DNA of 63,907 bases, counting the filler, from Octopus bimaculoides (Eukaryota), in assembly GCF_001194135.2 (NCBI RefSeq). It is 4 parts of 3 records of this genome, joined end to end, with 100 filler letters (N's around TTAATTAATTAA, not from the genome) between each part and the next. Parts side by side here need not be neighbours in the genome. Positions count along the whole stretch, not along the records: positions 37,675 to 61,251 come from NC_068982.1; positions 61,352 to 63,907 come from NW_026351261.1; 2 more parts are not named here. The stretch is one strand, 5' to 3'. Positions 53,042-63,907 of this stretch are shown here, in pieces (within the stretch, counting starts at the first letter, position 1; each line of letters starts with the position of its first letter). A program made the position numbers and the translations under genes. The notes under the pieces were generated by a model. That model saw only the letters and a list, made by a program, of their open reading frames with translations, did not search any database and was not told the DNA's origin.

Positions 53042-53203
53042 GCAGGAGTGGCTGTGTGGTAAGTAGATTGCTTACCAACCACATGGTTCCGGGTTCAGTC
53101 CCACTGCGTGGCACATTGGGCAAGTGTCTTCTACTATAGCCTCGGGCCGACCAAAGCCTTGTGAGTGGATTTGGTAGACGGAAACTGAAAGAAGCCCGTT
53201 GTA

Positions 53204-53285
<82 letters not shown>

Positions 53286-53492
53286 TGTGTTTGTCTCCCA
53301 ACATCGCTTGACAACTGATGCTGGTGTGTTTACGTCCCTGTAACTTAGCGGTTCGGCAAAAGAGACCGATAGAATAAGTACTAGGCTTACAAAGAATAAG
53401 TCCTGGGGTCGATTTTCTCTACTAAAGGTGGTGCCCCAGCATGGCCGCAGTCAAATGACTGAAATTAATAAAAGAGTAAAAGAGTAAAAGAG
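53042..53492 (+). mobile_element. Full-length tRNA-derived SINE, family A
   Basis: A-box TGGCTGTGTGG, B-box GGTTCAGTCCC, internal (TA)n(TG)n, and (AGTAAAAG)n tail. Confidence 0.9.
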
Positions 53493-54692
53493 AGGTAAAT
53501 ATCTGAAATAGTAGTAAAATCATTGCTTTTCGCTTTTACTCCTTCGTAGTAAACACTTTGCCCGTCAGTTTTCATTGGAATTCTATTCATAGACTTTTTC
53601 GACTAAGTATTGACTACGCATGTGAATAATATATGAGCATTATAAACGCCACGTGTTTCTCTTTGGCGCGTTTTCCTTTACATTCTGTTGCCATTCTGTC
53701 TTTTCTAAAAACCGCTCCAACTGTGACCACTTTTCGTATAAATATCCTGCATTGCAGATGTGACCATCTTGCTTTTTTTTATTTTAAAGCCAAATGTCTC
53801 ATCTCCATGTCATACTGTCTTTCTTAAAGGACCTATTAGGAAAAGTAATCCGGGATATATTATACCAATAAAATAGAAGATGAGAAGGTCATGGGTGGAA
53901 TGCATTTTCTATTGTATGTGTGTACGTGCGATGGGTGAAAATGTATATACGTGTCTATGTGTGTGTGTGTGTGAATGTCTGTGTGTTCAGTTGTTAATCC
54001 ACGTGTTAGAAATATCAGCCTCTGTCCTTTCGTTATTGAAATCCGTGGTGTTTGCCAAAAAGACCAATGAAAAGATATCAATTTATATGTGGTGCCGAGA
54101 AAACAGCTAATGGGAAAATTATGTACGAAACATTTTTTACGCGAGATAACAAAAAAATGATAAATATATTCAAGGTTTTAAATTAAATCACAAAAAAATC
54201 ATACGTAAATATAGCTTTTAAGAATATATTGGTATTCGTTTGTAATTTTATACATTTTCAAATATTCTGTGACATAAATCATATTTATTACTGTTGCGCA
54301 GGGAATTTAGTTTAAAAACTGGAACAAAATTACGATCAAACTGACAGAAATAAATTATAATATCTAATTAGAAATGCATATTACTTTATAATTATGACGT
54401 ATAAGATATTGTAAGTTATGATCATCAATACTTTCGTGGGTGTCTTATTACTATTAAAAAGCAAATCAATATGTAATTGAAACAAATGTGCGAAAATGTC
54501 TTCCCTATTTGACTAATTAATGTAATATACGCGATGTATCATAATTAATTACACATCATGATAATGAAAACTATTCCAAATTTCGTGACATTGGTTTCAA
54601 CTATAGCTACGACCGATGCCATGAAAATTCTAATGCAAGTATTTGCAATATATTCCCAAGTTACTCGTTCGCATAATCATATTATGTATGAT

Positions 54693-54735
<43 letters not shown>

Positions 54736-56465
54736 ATGGAGAATTGTCTGTATAAATACATATATAAATTTATATACATATATATATGTGAGTACCGGAT
54801 TGTCGTTCTCTCTACCTTTCTCTCTCTCTTTTTCTCTCTTTCACTCTCTTTCGTTCGTTTCTCGAACTTGTCAATAATAATGAAGAAATAAANNNNNNNN
54901 NNNNNNNNNNNNNNNNNNNNNNNNNNNNNNNNNNNNNNNNNNNNNNNNNNNNNNNNNNNNNNNNNNNNNNNNNNNNNNNNNNNNNNNNNNNNNNNNNNNN
55001 NNNNNNNNNNNNNNNNNNNNNNNNNNNNNNNNNNNNNNNNNNNNNNNNNNNNNNNNNNNNNNNNNNNNNNNNNNNNNNNNNNNNNNNNNNNNNNNNNNNN
55101 NNNNNNNNNNNNNNNNNNNNNNNNNNNNNNNNNNNNNNNNNNNNNNNNNNNNNNNNNNNNNNNNNNNNNNNNNNNNNNNNNNNNNNNNNNNNNNNNNNNN
55201 NNNNNNNNNNNNNNNNNNNNNNNNNNNNNNNNNNNNNNNNNNNNNNNNNNNNNNNNNNNNNNNNNNNNNNNNNNNNNNNNNNNNNNNNNNNNNNNNNNNN
55301 NNNNNNNNNNNNNNNNNNNNNNNNNNNNNNNNNNNNNNNNNNNNNNNNNNNNNNNNNNNNNNNNNNNNNNNNNNNNNNNNNNNNNNNNNNNNNNNNNNNN
55401 NNNNNNNNNNNNNNNNNNNNNNNNNNNNNNNNNNNNNNNNNNNNNNNNNNNNNNNNNNNNNNNNNNNNNNNNNNNNNNNNNNNNNNNNNNNNNNNNNNNN
55501 NNNNNNNNNNNNNNNNNNNNNNNNNNNNNNNNNNNNNNNNNNNNNNNNNNNNNNNNNNNNNNNNNNNNNNNNNNNNNNNNNNNNNNNNNNNNNNNNNNNN
55601 NNNNNNNNNNNNNNNNNNNNNNNNNNNNNNNNNNNNNNNNNNNNNNNNNNNNNNNNNNNNNNNNNNNNNNNNNNNNNNNNNNNNNNNNNNNNNNNNNNNN
55701 NNNNNNATATATATAAACTAATAGGTATAGAGTAGATGAATCCCTACTCCATGAGTTTGCAAGTCATCCCAAGCTTGTTACATTGCTCAAAGGTTTAATA
55801 TCTCTATTTAAATTAGCTTCATCGCCTTCGGCCGCAGCCGAGTGGTGAATGGGAGGAAAGCTATGTTTGGTGATCAAAGAAATTCATTAGCAGGAAGCAA
55901 GTTATGTTAGAAAAGTGTGTTTTGGGGACGCTCGTTCATTAAGAAGCGGAAGAATATAGGCGAGACGAGAGAAATATATCATCTAAGCCATCAGAACGAG
56001 GTAATAAATTTAAAATTCCGACGCCAGGGCGGCAGCAGTAAATATAAAGAATAAAACAATGAAAAACATGTATGTATGATTAGGTGTGATCCTTAAAATA
56101 AATGGGTTTATATGGTCAAAATCATAAGTGGTGTGAGGACTAAGACGTATAAAACAATGGAGTGTCGCCATGATTGACCACTAAATCCACAAGCTTTTTT
56201 TTTCTCACTCTCTGTTTATTTTCTCTTATTCCTTTCTGTTGAAGAGCGTAGGCTGAAAACATAAAAGACTTTCACACCCTCCCGAGAGTCAAACTAATGC
56301 ACCTAATTGTTGTTTATACACCTGTCTTCGTCTTTTGTTTTTCTGGAAATTTCAACTATATATATATATATATGTGTGTGTGTGGGTGGGGGTATAGATA
56401 TACATATATATATATATCTATATAACAAAATGATTTTTAAAATTATCTTCATATATACATATAGG

Positions 56466-56582
56466 CGTAGGAGTAGCTGTGTGGTAAGTAACCGTGTGGT
56501 AAGTATCTTACTTACCAAGAACATAGTTCCGGGTTCAGCCCAACTGCATGGCACCTTAGGCAAGTGACTTCTACTATAGCCT
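56466..56582 (+). mobile_element. SINE family A head
   Basis: Matches 53042-53140, with an internal duplication of GTGTGGTAAGTA. Confidence 0.75.
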
Positions 56583-56900
56583 ACCTCTAGCGTGTCTCAC
56601 TCTCCACTGATGGGCGGTCATGTGTGAAGCGGTGGTACCACTCCCTCATCTGAGTTTTTTCCATGGTATCATCGCCAATGATCTGCTGAATCTTCTGGCT
56701 GATTTGAGCTTGAGTATTATCATGTTTTTGTCGAAACTTGATGCAATATCTCTACTACGTTCGGTCATCATGCCTGAAAATGAAAATACAAAGAACGCAC
56801 ACTCCATGCTTGTACCCTAGACGTGACAGCCGGGAACTAATGCGGCCTACCGGTGCGAAATTTTTCACACGTGCGCAGAAGCGGTTGAATCACCTCCCAT
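56583..56900 (-). mobile_element. Mariner transposase N-terminal (HTH) fragment
   Basis: RYCIKFRQKHDNTQAQISQKIQQIIGDDTMEKTQMREWYHRFTHDRPSVESETR resembles the mariner QRYCIKF..WY.RFK.GR.SVE..PRSGRP motif. Confidence 0.75.
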
Positions 56901-57371
56901 CTATAAGCTTCCTATAATCATATCAATATATTGATAATACAAACAGGGATACGGGAAAGATTCACAACTTTCTGCAACAATAAAGGACTATTGTTCCTGA
57001 AATTTGTTTTTTTATACCTCCTATGGACGGTTTGAAGTTCGCTAACTTTCTAAACCTGGATCCTTGGATTTTACTTTTACACGTGTATAGATATGTCTGT
57101 ACTACTGCGCGCGAACGTGCGTGTGTGTGTGCGCGTATGTGTGCGCGTGTGTGTGTATAAAAATAAAAATACACCCCTATGTTTAGTACTATTACTTCCA
57201 TGTTTTTCATAACGGTATCTAAGGATCTTTCGGGGTTGATTTTATTGGCTAAGGTTTCTTTGATATCCAGAACCCTTTCCTGTATAACTAAATAGATTTC
57301 TATTATAGATCAGTGAATTTATTTCACTTGAAACTCTATATGTTTTCAAAAGTGAATAAGCATCGACAGCT

Positions 57372-57442
57372 AGCAAGCCAAGCTACTCCAGACTGATGAA
57401 GAGCAATGACTCTGAAACTAGTCTCTGGATGCTGGCTTTGCT
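57372..57442 (+). ncRNA. Canonical type I hammerhead ribozyme with extended helix I
   Basis: TCCAGA-CTGATGA-AGAG-CAATGA-CTCT-GAAA-CTA-GTC-TCTGGA: 6-bp stem I, 4-bp stem II, palindromic ACTAGT stem III, GUC triplet (cut after 57423). A further about 11 bp pair between 57372-57383 and 57431-57442. Confidence 0.85.
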
Positions 57443-58383
57443 GGGTGGAGGTGCTTATTTCCCCTCTTCGAAAACATAAGGACACAGAATGTTTGTGTCA
57501 CATAGCCAACAGGAAACAGTGTTTCTTGGGGCTAAATAGTAGTAGCATTCTTCCCTTTCTTGGGACTGCCACATTAAGTTGGCAACAAATAATCACTTTA
57601 AATAGATGTCGTAAATGGAAATAATTGATCTTCGTTCTTAATTACATAATTTTCAAATCCACTCATTTTATGAGAATCTCAAATCTTTTGACATACCTAG
57701 GCATTAAAGGATAGGAACTTCTCCATCAAATCTTTTATTCATATTGTAGTGCATGTGTGGACGTGCTTCTGTGTATATTTATGTGTGTGTGTGTGTGTGT
57801 GTGTGGAGAGAGACAGAGAATTTATATTTACTCTGGAGAAAATCCTTTCCGATTGATTTTCTCGTTCGATTGTATATATTTGACACTATGTAATTTGTCT
57901 ATTGTTACCAGGTATCATTGGCTTTCTTTTCCTTTTTATCTCTTCTTAACTCAGTTTTCAAGCAAGCTTTCCGTGTTGTTTCTTTTATGAAATATGTCCT
58001 ATGCTAGTTTCTATCATCAGCAATGTCGATGCTGCTGGGAACTGGCTCTTACAATATGAATTACCTGTTGAATATAATTCTTTCAGTTATATTGAAATGA
58101 GACATGTATATTGCTGGGTGTCACTTAAGGGTATAAAATTACTGATTTGAAAGAATGAGAAATGAAAAAAAATCAACGGATAAAAAATGAACGGAAGAAG
58201 TAGAAAGAACAAAGGGAGTTTGAAGTATAGTTATAAAATGAAAATGGCAGATTGAAGATAGGGATGGAGGAAAGAGAGAAAGAGCGAATGATTGATAACT
58301 AGGTGAACGGAGGAGAAGAGCCAATGACATAAAGTAAATAAACAAGCAGGTAAATAAACAGATAGAGAGATGGGGAAAAGAAG

Positions 58384-58460
<77 letters not shown>

Positions 58461-58570
58461 TGTTTCTTTATTAGCCACACAGGGCTCAACATAGAAGGGA
58501 CAAAATACAAATGTAGAGCTTTTCTTTTCGATGGGGACGAAAATAAAGTAACGGTGAAAAACCACCGAGA

Positions 58571-58572
<2 letters not shown>
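58461..58572 (-). mobile_element. Short 3'-end fragment of the Tx1-like LINE inside a (GATA)n array
   Basis: Minus strand ends GAGCCCTGTGTGGCTAATAAAGAAACA then (TATC)n; matches the 3' end of 17550-18529; (GATA)n on both sides. Confidence 0.7.
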
Positions 58573-58640
<68 letters not shown>

Positions 58641-58657
58641 GGGTAGATAGATAGATG

Positions 58658-58722
<65 letters not shown>

Positions 58723-59322
58723 NNNNNNNNNNNNNNNNNNNNNNNNNNNNNNNNNNNNNNNNNNNNNNNNNNNNNNNNNNNNNNNNNNNNNNNNNNNNNN
58801 NNNNNNNNNNNNNNNNNNNNNNNNNNNNNNNNNNNNNNNNNNNNNNNNNNNNNNNNNNNNNNNNNNNNNNNNNNNNNNNNNNNNNNNNNNNNNNNNNNNN
58901 NNNNNNNNNNNNNNNNNNNNNNNNNNNNNNNNNNNNNNNNNNNNNNNNNNNNNNNNNNNNNNNNNNNNNNNNNNNNNNNNNNNNNNNNNNNNNNNNNNNN
59001 NNNNNNNNNNNNNNNNNNNNNNNNNNNNNNNNNNNNNNNNNNNNNNNNNNNNNNNNNNNNNNNNNNNNNNNNNNNNNNNNNNNNNNNNNNNNNNNNNNNN
59101 NNNNNNNNNNNNNNNNNNNNNNNNNNNNNNNNNNNNNNNNNNNNNNNNNNNNNNNNNNNNNNNNNNNNNNNNNNNNNNNNNNNNNNNNNNNNNNNNNNNN
59201 NNNNNNNNNNNNNNNNNNNNNNNNNNNNNNNNNNNNNNNNNNNNNNNNNNNNNNNNNNNNNNNNNNNNNNNNNNNNNNNNNNNNNNNNNNNNNNNNNNNN
59301 NNNNNNNNNNNNNNNNNNNNNN

Positions 59323-59620
59323 AAGAAGTTGATGAGAGATTGCCCAGAGAGGAAAGTCTTTGTCTCTAGACCTTTCAGACGCGTCCACCATACACATTCT
59401 TTCGCCATAGCCACAAGTACGATGAAAATAGCTCTTCCTTCCCGTTTAAAGGAAGGAGGCGCGACAATATTCACGATAGACTCGGCTGATAGACCGACTC
59501 GTCCCACACGCGATAGCAGTTGTTCGACGTAAGCCCACAGCTCGGAAATGGTGGGACACTGTACGAGTGCGTGCAGAACGGTTTCGTCGCTCTGCCGGCA
59601 TCTCGGACAGGTCGGCCCCA
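59323..59620 (-). mobile_element. Tx1/L1-like ORF2 C-terminal zinc-knuckle fragment
   Basis: Open frame GPTCPRCRQSDETVLHALVQCPTISELWAYVEQLL..KECVWWTR (C-x2-C-x8-H-x4-C); 5' junction abuts TATCTATC. Confidence 0.85.
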
Positions 59621-60895
59621 GATAGATACAATATGAAAAATCCTCATAAAAATTATGAATTACTGAGATTTACACAGAAACCAAAAAACCTTAGTAGAAT
59701 GAGAGTGAAATAGAAACACGAGATAACTTTAAAAAGAGAAACAAATAAAGGCAACCAAGATTTGCACAAAGAAAGAGAAAAATTGCACTTTAGCAAGGAA
59801 GCGAAGAAAATTTTTTTTAAATGCGGGGAATAAAACAAAAAACGAAATACTAAAATATTACTGAATAACTGAACGATCAAAAGAATAAAACAAAGAAAGG
59901 ATAGGGACAACCGTAACGCAGTAATTGAAAAACAATAAAATTAAAACTAGATAAATAGAGAGATATAGATATTATGGATATGTTAGCAGAATACAATATT
60001 ACAGCAAAATTTGTAATTATATTATAAAAACAAATGATATCAAATCCGGAGTTTTATAACATCCAATTGCAATTACATTCGGTAATATTTTTATACGTGT
60101 TTGTGTCATTGGTGGTAAAGACACTTTATTTTATTTTTCATTAAGGTGCTACTTGTTTCCTTTGATTTCTTTTTGGCATTGTTTTTTTCAGTGTCACGTA
60201 CATGTTTTTATTGCGTGTTTAAAAAAAAATTGATATAAAAGTTATCAGTTGTGTAAGATTGTGAAGAGCAAAAGAAGTGTAGGGGTTGGTGATTAAGTTG
60301 GGTTTCAAGTGATGACATAAAACTAGAAAAGAGAATGAATCAAACAGCGGGAGAAAGATGGTTCATGCCATTAAGTCATTCCATTCGAAATGGAAATTTT
60401 ATGGAACGTCCAATATTCGTACACATCAAACGTGCTTCTCAAAACAACGGGTGCATATCTGTGTGTATATATATATATGTGTGTGTGTGTGTGTGCGTGT
60501 GTGTGTGTGTGTGTGTGTGCGTGCGTGCGTATTACATACATACATACACACACTATGCAAACCTGCATCTGTGACTGTGCATATGTGAAAGTGTTTTCCA
60601 TTGGAAACTCCCTCTCTTCCTCTCTCTCTTTCTCTCTCTGTATATATAATATGTATATGTGTATGTGTTTGTGTGTGTGTGTGTGCGTATATGTATATAT
60701 ATATATATCTATAAACACACAAGCATACATATGTACATATGCGTACACATTTAATGATAAATACACACACACATTCACACACAAAAATATACATTTATAT
60801 ATATATATATNNNNNNNNNNTATATACGATTGAGTGGACAAACGAAAGAAGTAGACTCAACACATTTATTGTGAATTACATGTGCGAAGCAAAAT

Positions 60896-61141
60896 AGTTT
60901 GATTCAAATCCGAGAGTTTCAAGCGTGATGCTAATCTTCAGCCATTTTGAATTTGAATGAAAGAAATTGATTGTTATGACCCTAAGGTGGGCTGCGATTG
61001 GTCGAGGAAAGTTAAGTGGTGTCGTGGTTTGATGTTAGTACAACCGTATATCAGCGGTGAAAGTTAGTTAGAAAACTAACTTCCTCGACCAATCGCATCA
61101 AGCTTGAAAATATCGGAGTACCAACGAATTTGAATCAAACT
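60896..61141. mobile_element. MITE-like foldback element with long interrupted TIRs
   Basis: 14-bp perfect terminal inverted repeat AGTTTGATTCAAAT, plus inner inverted blocks (14/15 and 20 bp with one gap). Confidence 0.75.
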
Positions 61142-61177
61142 GTTTTGATACACACACACACACACACACATACGCAC

Positions 61178-61212
<35 letters not shown>

Positions 61213-61251
61213 TTCATTCATATATGCATACATACAAACATTTATACATAT

Positions 61252-61351
61252 NNNNNNNNNNNNNNNNNNNNNNNNNNNNNNNNNNNNNNNNNNNNTTAAT
61301 TAATTAANNNNNNNNNNNNNNNNNNNNNNNNNNNNNNNNNNNNNNNNNNNN
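61252..61351. other. Artificial scaffold linker (44N-TTAATTAATTAA-44N)
   Basis: Same layout as the other two linkers. Confidence 0.9.
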
Positions 61352-61389
61352 AGTACTTTTTGTATTCAGAGAGAAAACATGCTAGAATA

Positions 61390-61740
61390 TGTTGTTGTTT
61401 AACCCTAGGCAAGTTGATCCAGCAGACCTATGATCAAAGATGTTCAAGCTGTGACCATCCTGTCTTTTATTCAGACATAGTGTATCTAGGACTACATAAT
61501 CTAATGTGTCCTGTTCTTTAGCGCCAGATCAGTTCTGATCCAACAGAACTTGATTAAAAATGTTCCATTTGTGACCATCCTGTCATTCATTTCGGCATAA
61601 TGCATCAAGGACTACATTATCTAATGTGTCCTTCCTTGTTGTTGTTGTTGTTTAACCCCAGGTCAGTCCTTATCCAGCAAAACTATGATCAAAGTTGGTC
61701 TGGTTGTGTGGCCATCCTGTTTTTTATTCAGACATTTAAT
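61390..61740. repeat. About 120-bp unit tandemly repeated x3 (diverged)
   Basis: Recurrent TTAACCC..GATCCAGCA..TGATCAAAG..GTGACCATCCTGTC..GGACTACAT.ATCTAATGTGTCC. Confidence 0.8.
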
Positions 61741-62331
61741 TTAACTCCCACTTTTTAGAGAGAGAGCAAGTTGTGATTTGGTTAGTATTTCTAGGAAATA
61801 TCTCGAAGTTGTATAAAAATGTCGACCTTGTTCCATAGATGGGCGGCGTGTGAAACAAGAAACTTGTGCTAGTGCGTGTGTGAGTAGGTTTGTATGTGGG
61901 CGCTCGGGTGTATCGGGAAATGTTTCCGCAGAAAAAGGGATGGAAAAAGCGTATGCGAATTCGCAAATTGCTTCGTCGGCCGATGTCACTCTGATGTCAT
62001 TGTGGTTTCGACACCTTTTGAAGCAGTCACTCCGCATAACAGTATAAGTAGCTTTGAAGCTAGCAGGAAGAAGAATTTCAGAACAATATAAGGATCTTTT
62101 TTAAAACGGGGGCCACATTTTTCATTAACGAAACACTTTGAAACTTGGAACACTGGTAGAATGTGTCATATAAAACATCTTTTTCTCTTAGTCTTCTTAA
62201 AAAAAAAAAGAAATCCATAAGTTATTCCATGTTAAAGTTGTCGTATTTCTGTAATTTCAACCAATCACTGACGTCCATTCAGCCGATATACATTAAGTGC
62301 CGACTACATAAACAAACGATTCTGAAACAAT

Positions 62332-62396
62332 TAACCCTAACCCTAACTCAAACCCTAACCCTAATCCTAGGGTTAAGGTTAGGGTTAGGGTTAGGG
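62332..62396. repeat. Inverted telomere-like repeats (CCCTAA)n-(TTAGGG)n
   Basis: About 6 CCCTAA-type units, a CCTAGG junction, then about 5 TTAGGG-type units running into a gap. Confidence 0.85.
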
Positions 62397-62989
62397 NNNN
62401 NNNNNNNNNNNNNNNNNNNNNNNNNNNNNNNNNNNNNNNNNNNNNNNNNNNNNNNNNNNNNNNNNNNNNNNNNNNNNNNNNNNNNNNNNNNNNNNNNNNN
62501 NNNNNNNNNNNNNNNNNNNNNNNNNNNNNNNNNNNNNNNNNNNNNNNNNNNNNNNNNNNNNNNNNNNNNNNNNNNNNNNNNNNNNNNNNNNNNNNNNNNN
62601 NNNNNNNNNNNNNNNNNNNNNNNNNNNNNNNNNNNNNNNNNNNNNNNNNNNNNNNNNNNNNNNNNNNNNNNNNNNNNNNNNNNNNNNNNNNNNNNNNNNN
62701 NNNNNNNNNNNNNNNNNNNNNNNNNNNNNNNNNNNNNNNNNNNNNNNNNNNNNNNNNNNNNNNNNNNNNNNNNNNNNNNNNNNNNNNNNNNNNNNNNNNN
62801 NNNNNNNNNNNNNNNNNNNNNNNNNNNNNNNNNNNNNNNNNNNNNNNNNNNNNNNNNNNNNNNNNNNNNNNNNNNNNNNNNNNNNNNNNNNNNNNNNNNN
62901 NNNNNNNNNNNNNNNNNNNNNNNNNNNNNNNNNNNNNNNNNNNNNNNNNNNNNNNNNNNNTATCTGATTCTTTGAATCTCATTCTTATA

Positions 62990-63050
<61 letters not shown>

Positions 63051-63907
63051 TATATTCGGGTAAAAATAGAAAGTTGCATAATGCTGTGTGAAGCTCCTCG
63101 GCAGTTATTGGCTACCTGGTGTCATAATACAGAAGAAATGCACTGATACCTTCACATCCTTGTTACTTTTCCGCTCGCATCGCGTCTTATGAGTTGTAAT
63201 AATGAAATTAAACCACACAGAGATATTTTCAAATCTTACTAACTTTGCAGCCGACTTCTACTGTTCTGACTATATATATATATTGAATTATTTCTGTCAA
63301 CTGGTTTATATTTGGAAATGTTTTATTGCGTATTATATATTTCGTAAACCTAAGACGTACGTATTAAATGATTTAAAATATCAATATTTGGTTTGATTTT
63401 ATTATTACAACTTACATACATACATAAAAACAGACTGAAAGACAGACAGGCAGACAGATAAAGAGAGAGAGACAGAGACAGACAGATAAATAGACAGATA
63501 GATAAATAGAGAAAGAGATAGACAGACGGATAGATAAATAGAGAGATAGATAGTTTGCTAAACAAATAAAAGATGTATGCGTATATATATATATGTATAT
63601 ACGATTCTGATGATTGCGGTTACATTACAAATCAGGCTGAAGAGGAATGGACAATCGGTAAGATTTGTTAAATCCGAAACCGGTACCCGTTTAATAGTGT
63701 TTTTTTTAGGTGATTTTAAATGTCGTGCCCGCTTACGTTTTGGTATACTGCTATATTTCATGCTGAGAGCAATTTAGGTCTTAATAGACACAAGATGTGA
63801 TCTATTTCTAGCACATTAATTGCCCACGTTAGTGGTTAACGTTATTTTTTAAAAAATATACATACATATATAGATATGCGTGTGTGTGAATATATATATA
63901 TATATAT

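Noticed and set aside
60905-60945. Minus-strand CTGAAGA..AGC/GCT..GAAA
   Set aside because: No stem III/NUH or stem I; chance match inside the foldback element.
62332-62396. Ancestral chromosome fusion site
   Set aside because: Repeat order is opposite to that of an end-to-end fusion, and the tract is very short.

Overview
AT-rich, microsatellite-dense animal genomic DNA with many N gaps. The repeat families look cephalopod (Octopus-like); this is an inference, not a database result. Three artificial 44N-TTAATTAATTAA-44N linkers split the window into four probably unrelated pieces (1-21308, 21409-37574, 37675-61251, 61352-63907). The only well-supported host gene is a minus-strand, multi-exon PAN/apple-domain gene with three phase-1 exons (19387-19644, 13921-14151, 7913-8103) and a weak candidate first exon. 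The rest is mostly transposon debris: three Tc1/mariner relics, a Penelope-like GIY-YIG endonuclease, four R4/Dong-like retroposon pieces stacked in a (TAA)n array, three Tx1/L1-like pieces tied to (TATC)n, RTE and HERO-like RT fragments, three tRNA-derived SINE families and several foldback elements. The most notable hidden signal is a set of about ten type I hammerhead ribozyme (HHR) motifs from several unrelated repeat families. These include a canonical extended HHR at 57372-57442, a 443-bp tRNA-head plus double inverted-HHR element flanked by a 10-bp direct repeat (46178-46620), and a 282-bp inverted repeat carrying a U3-A8 core variant. Most entries in the ORF track are gap- or microsatellite-derived artefacts.
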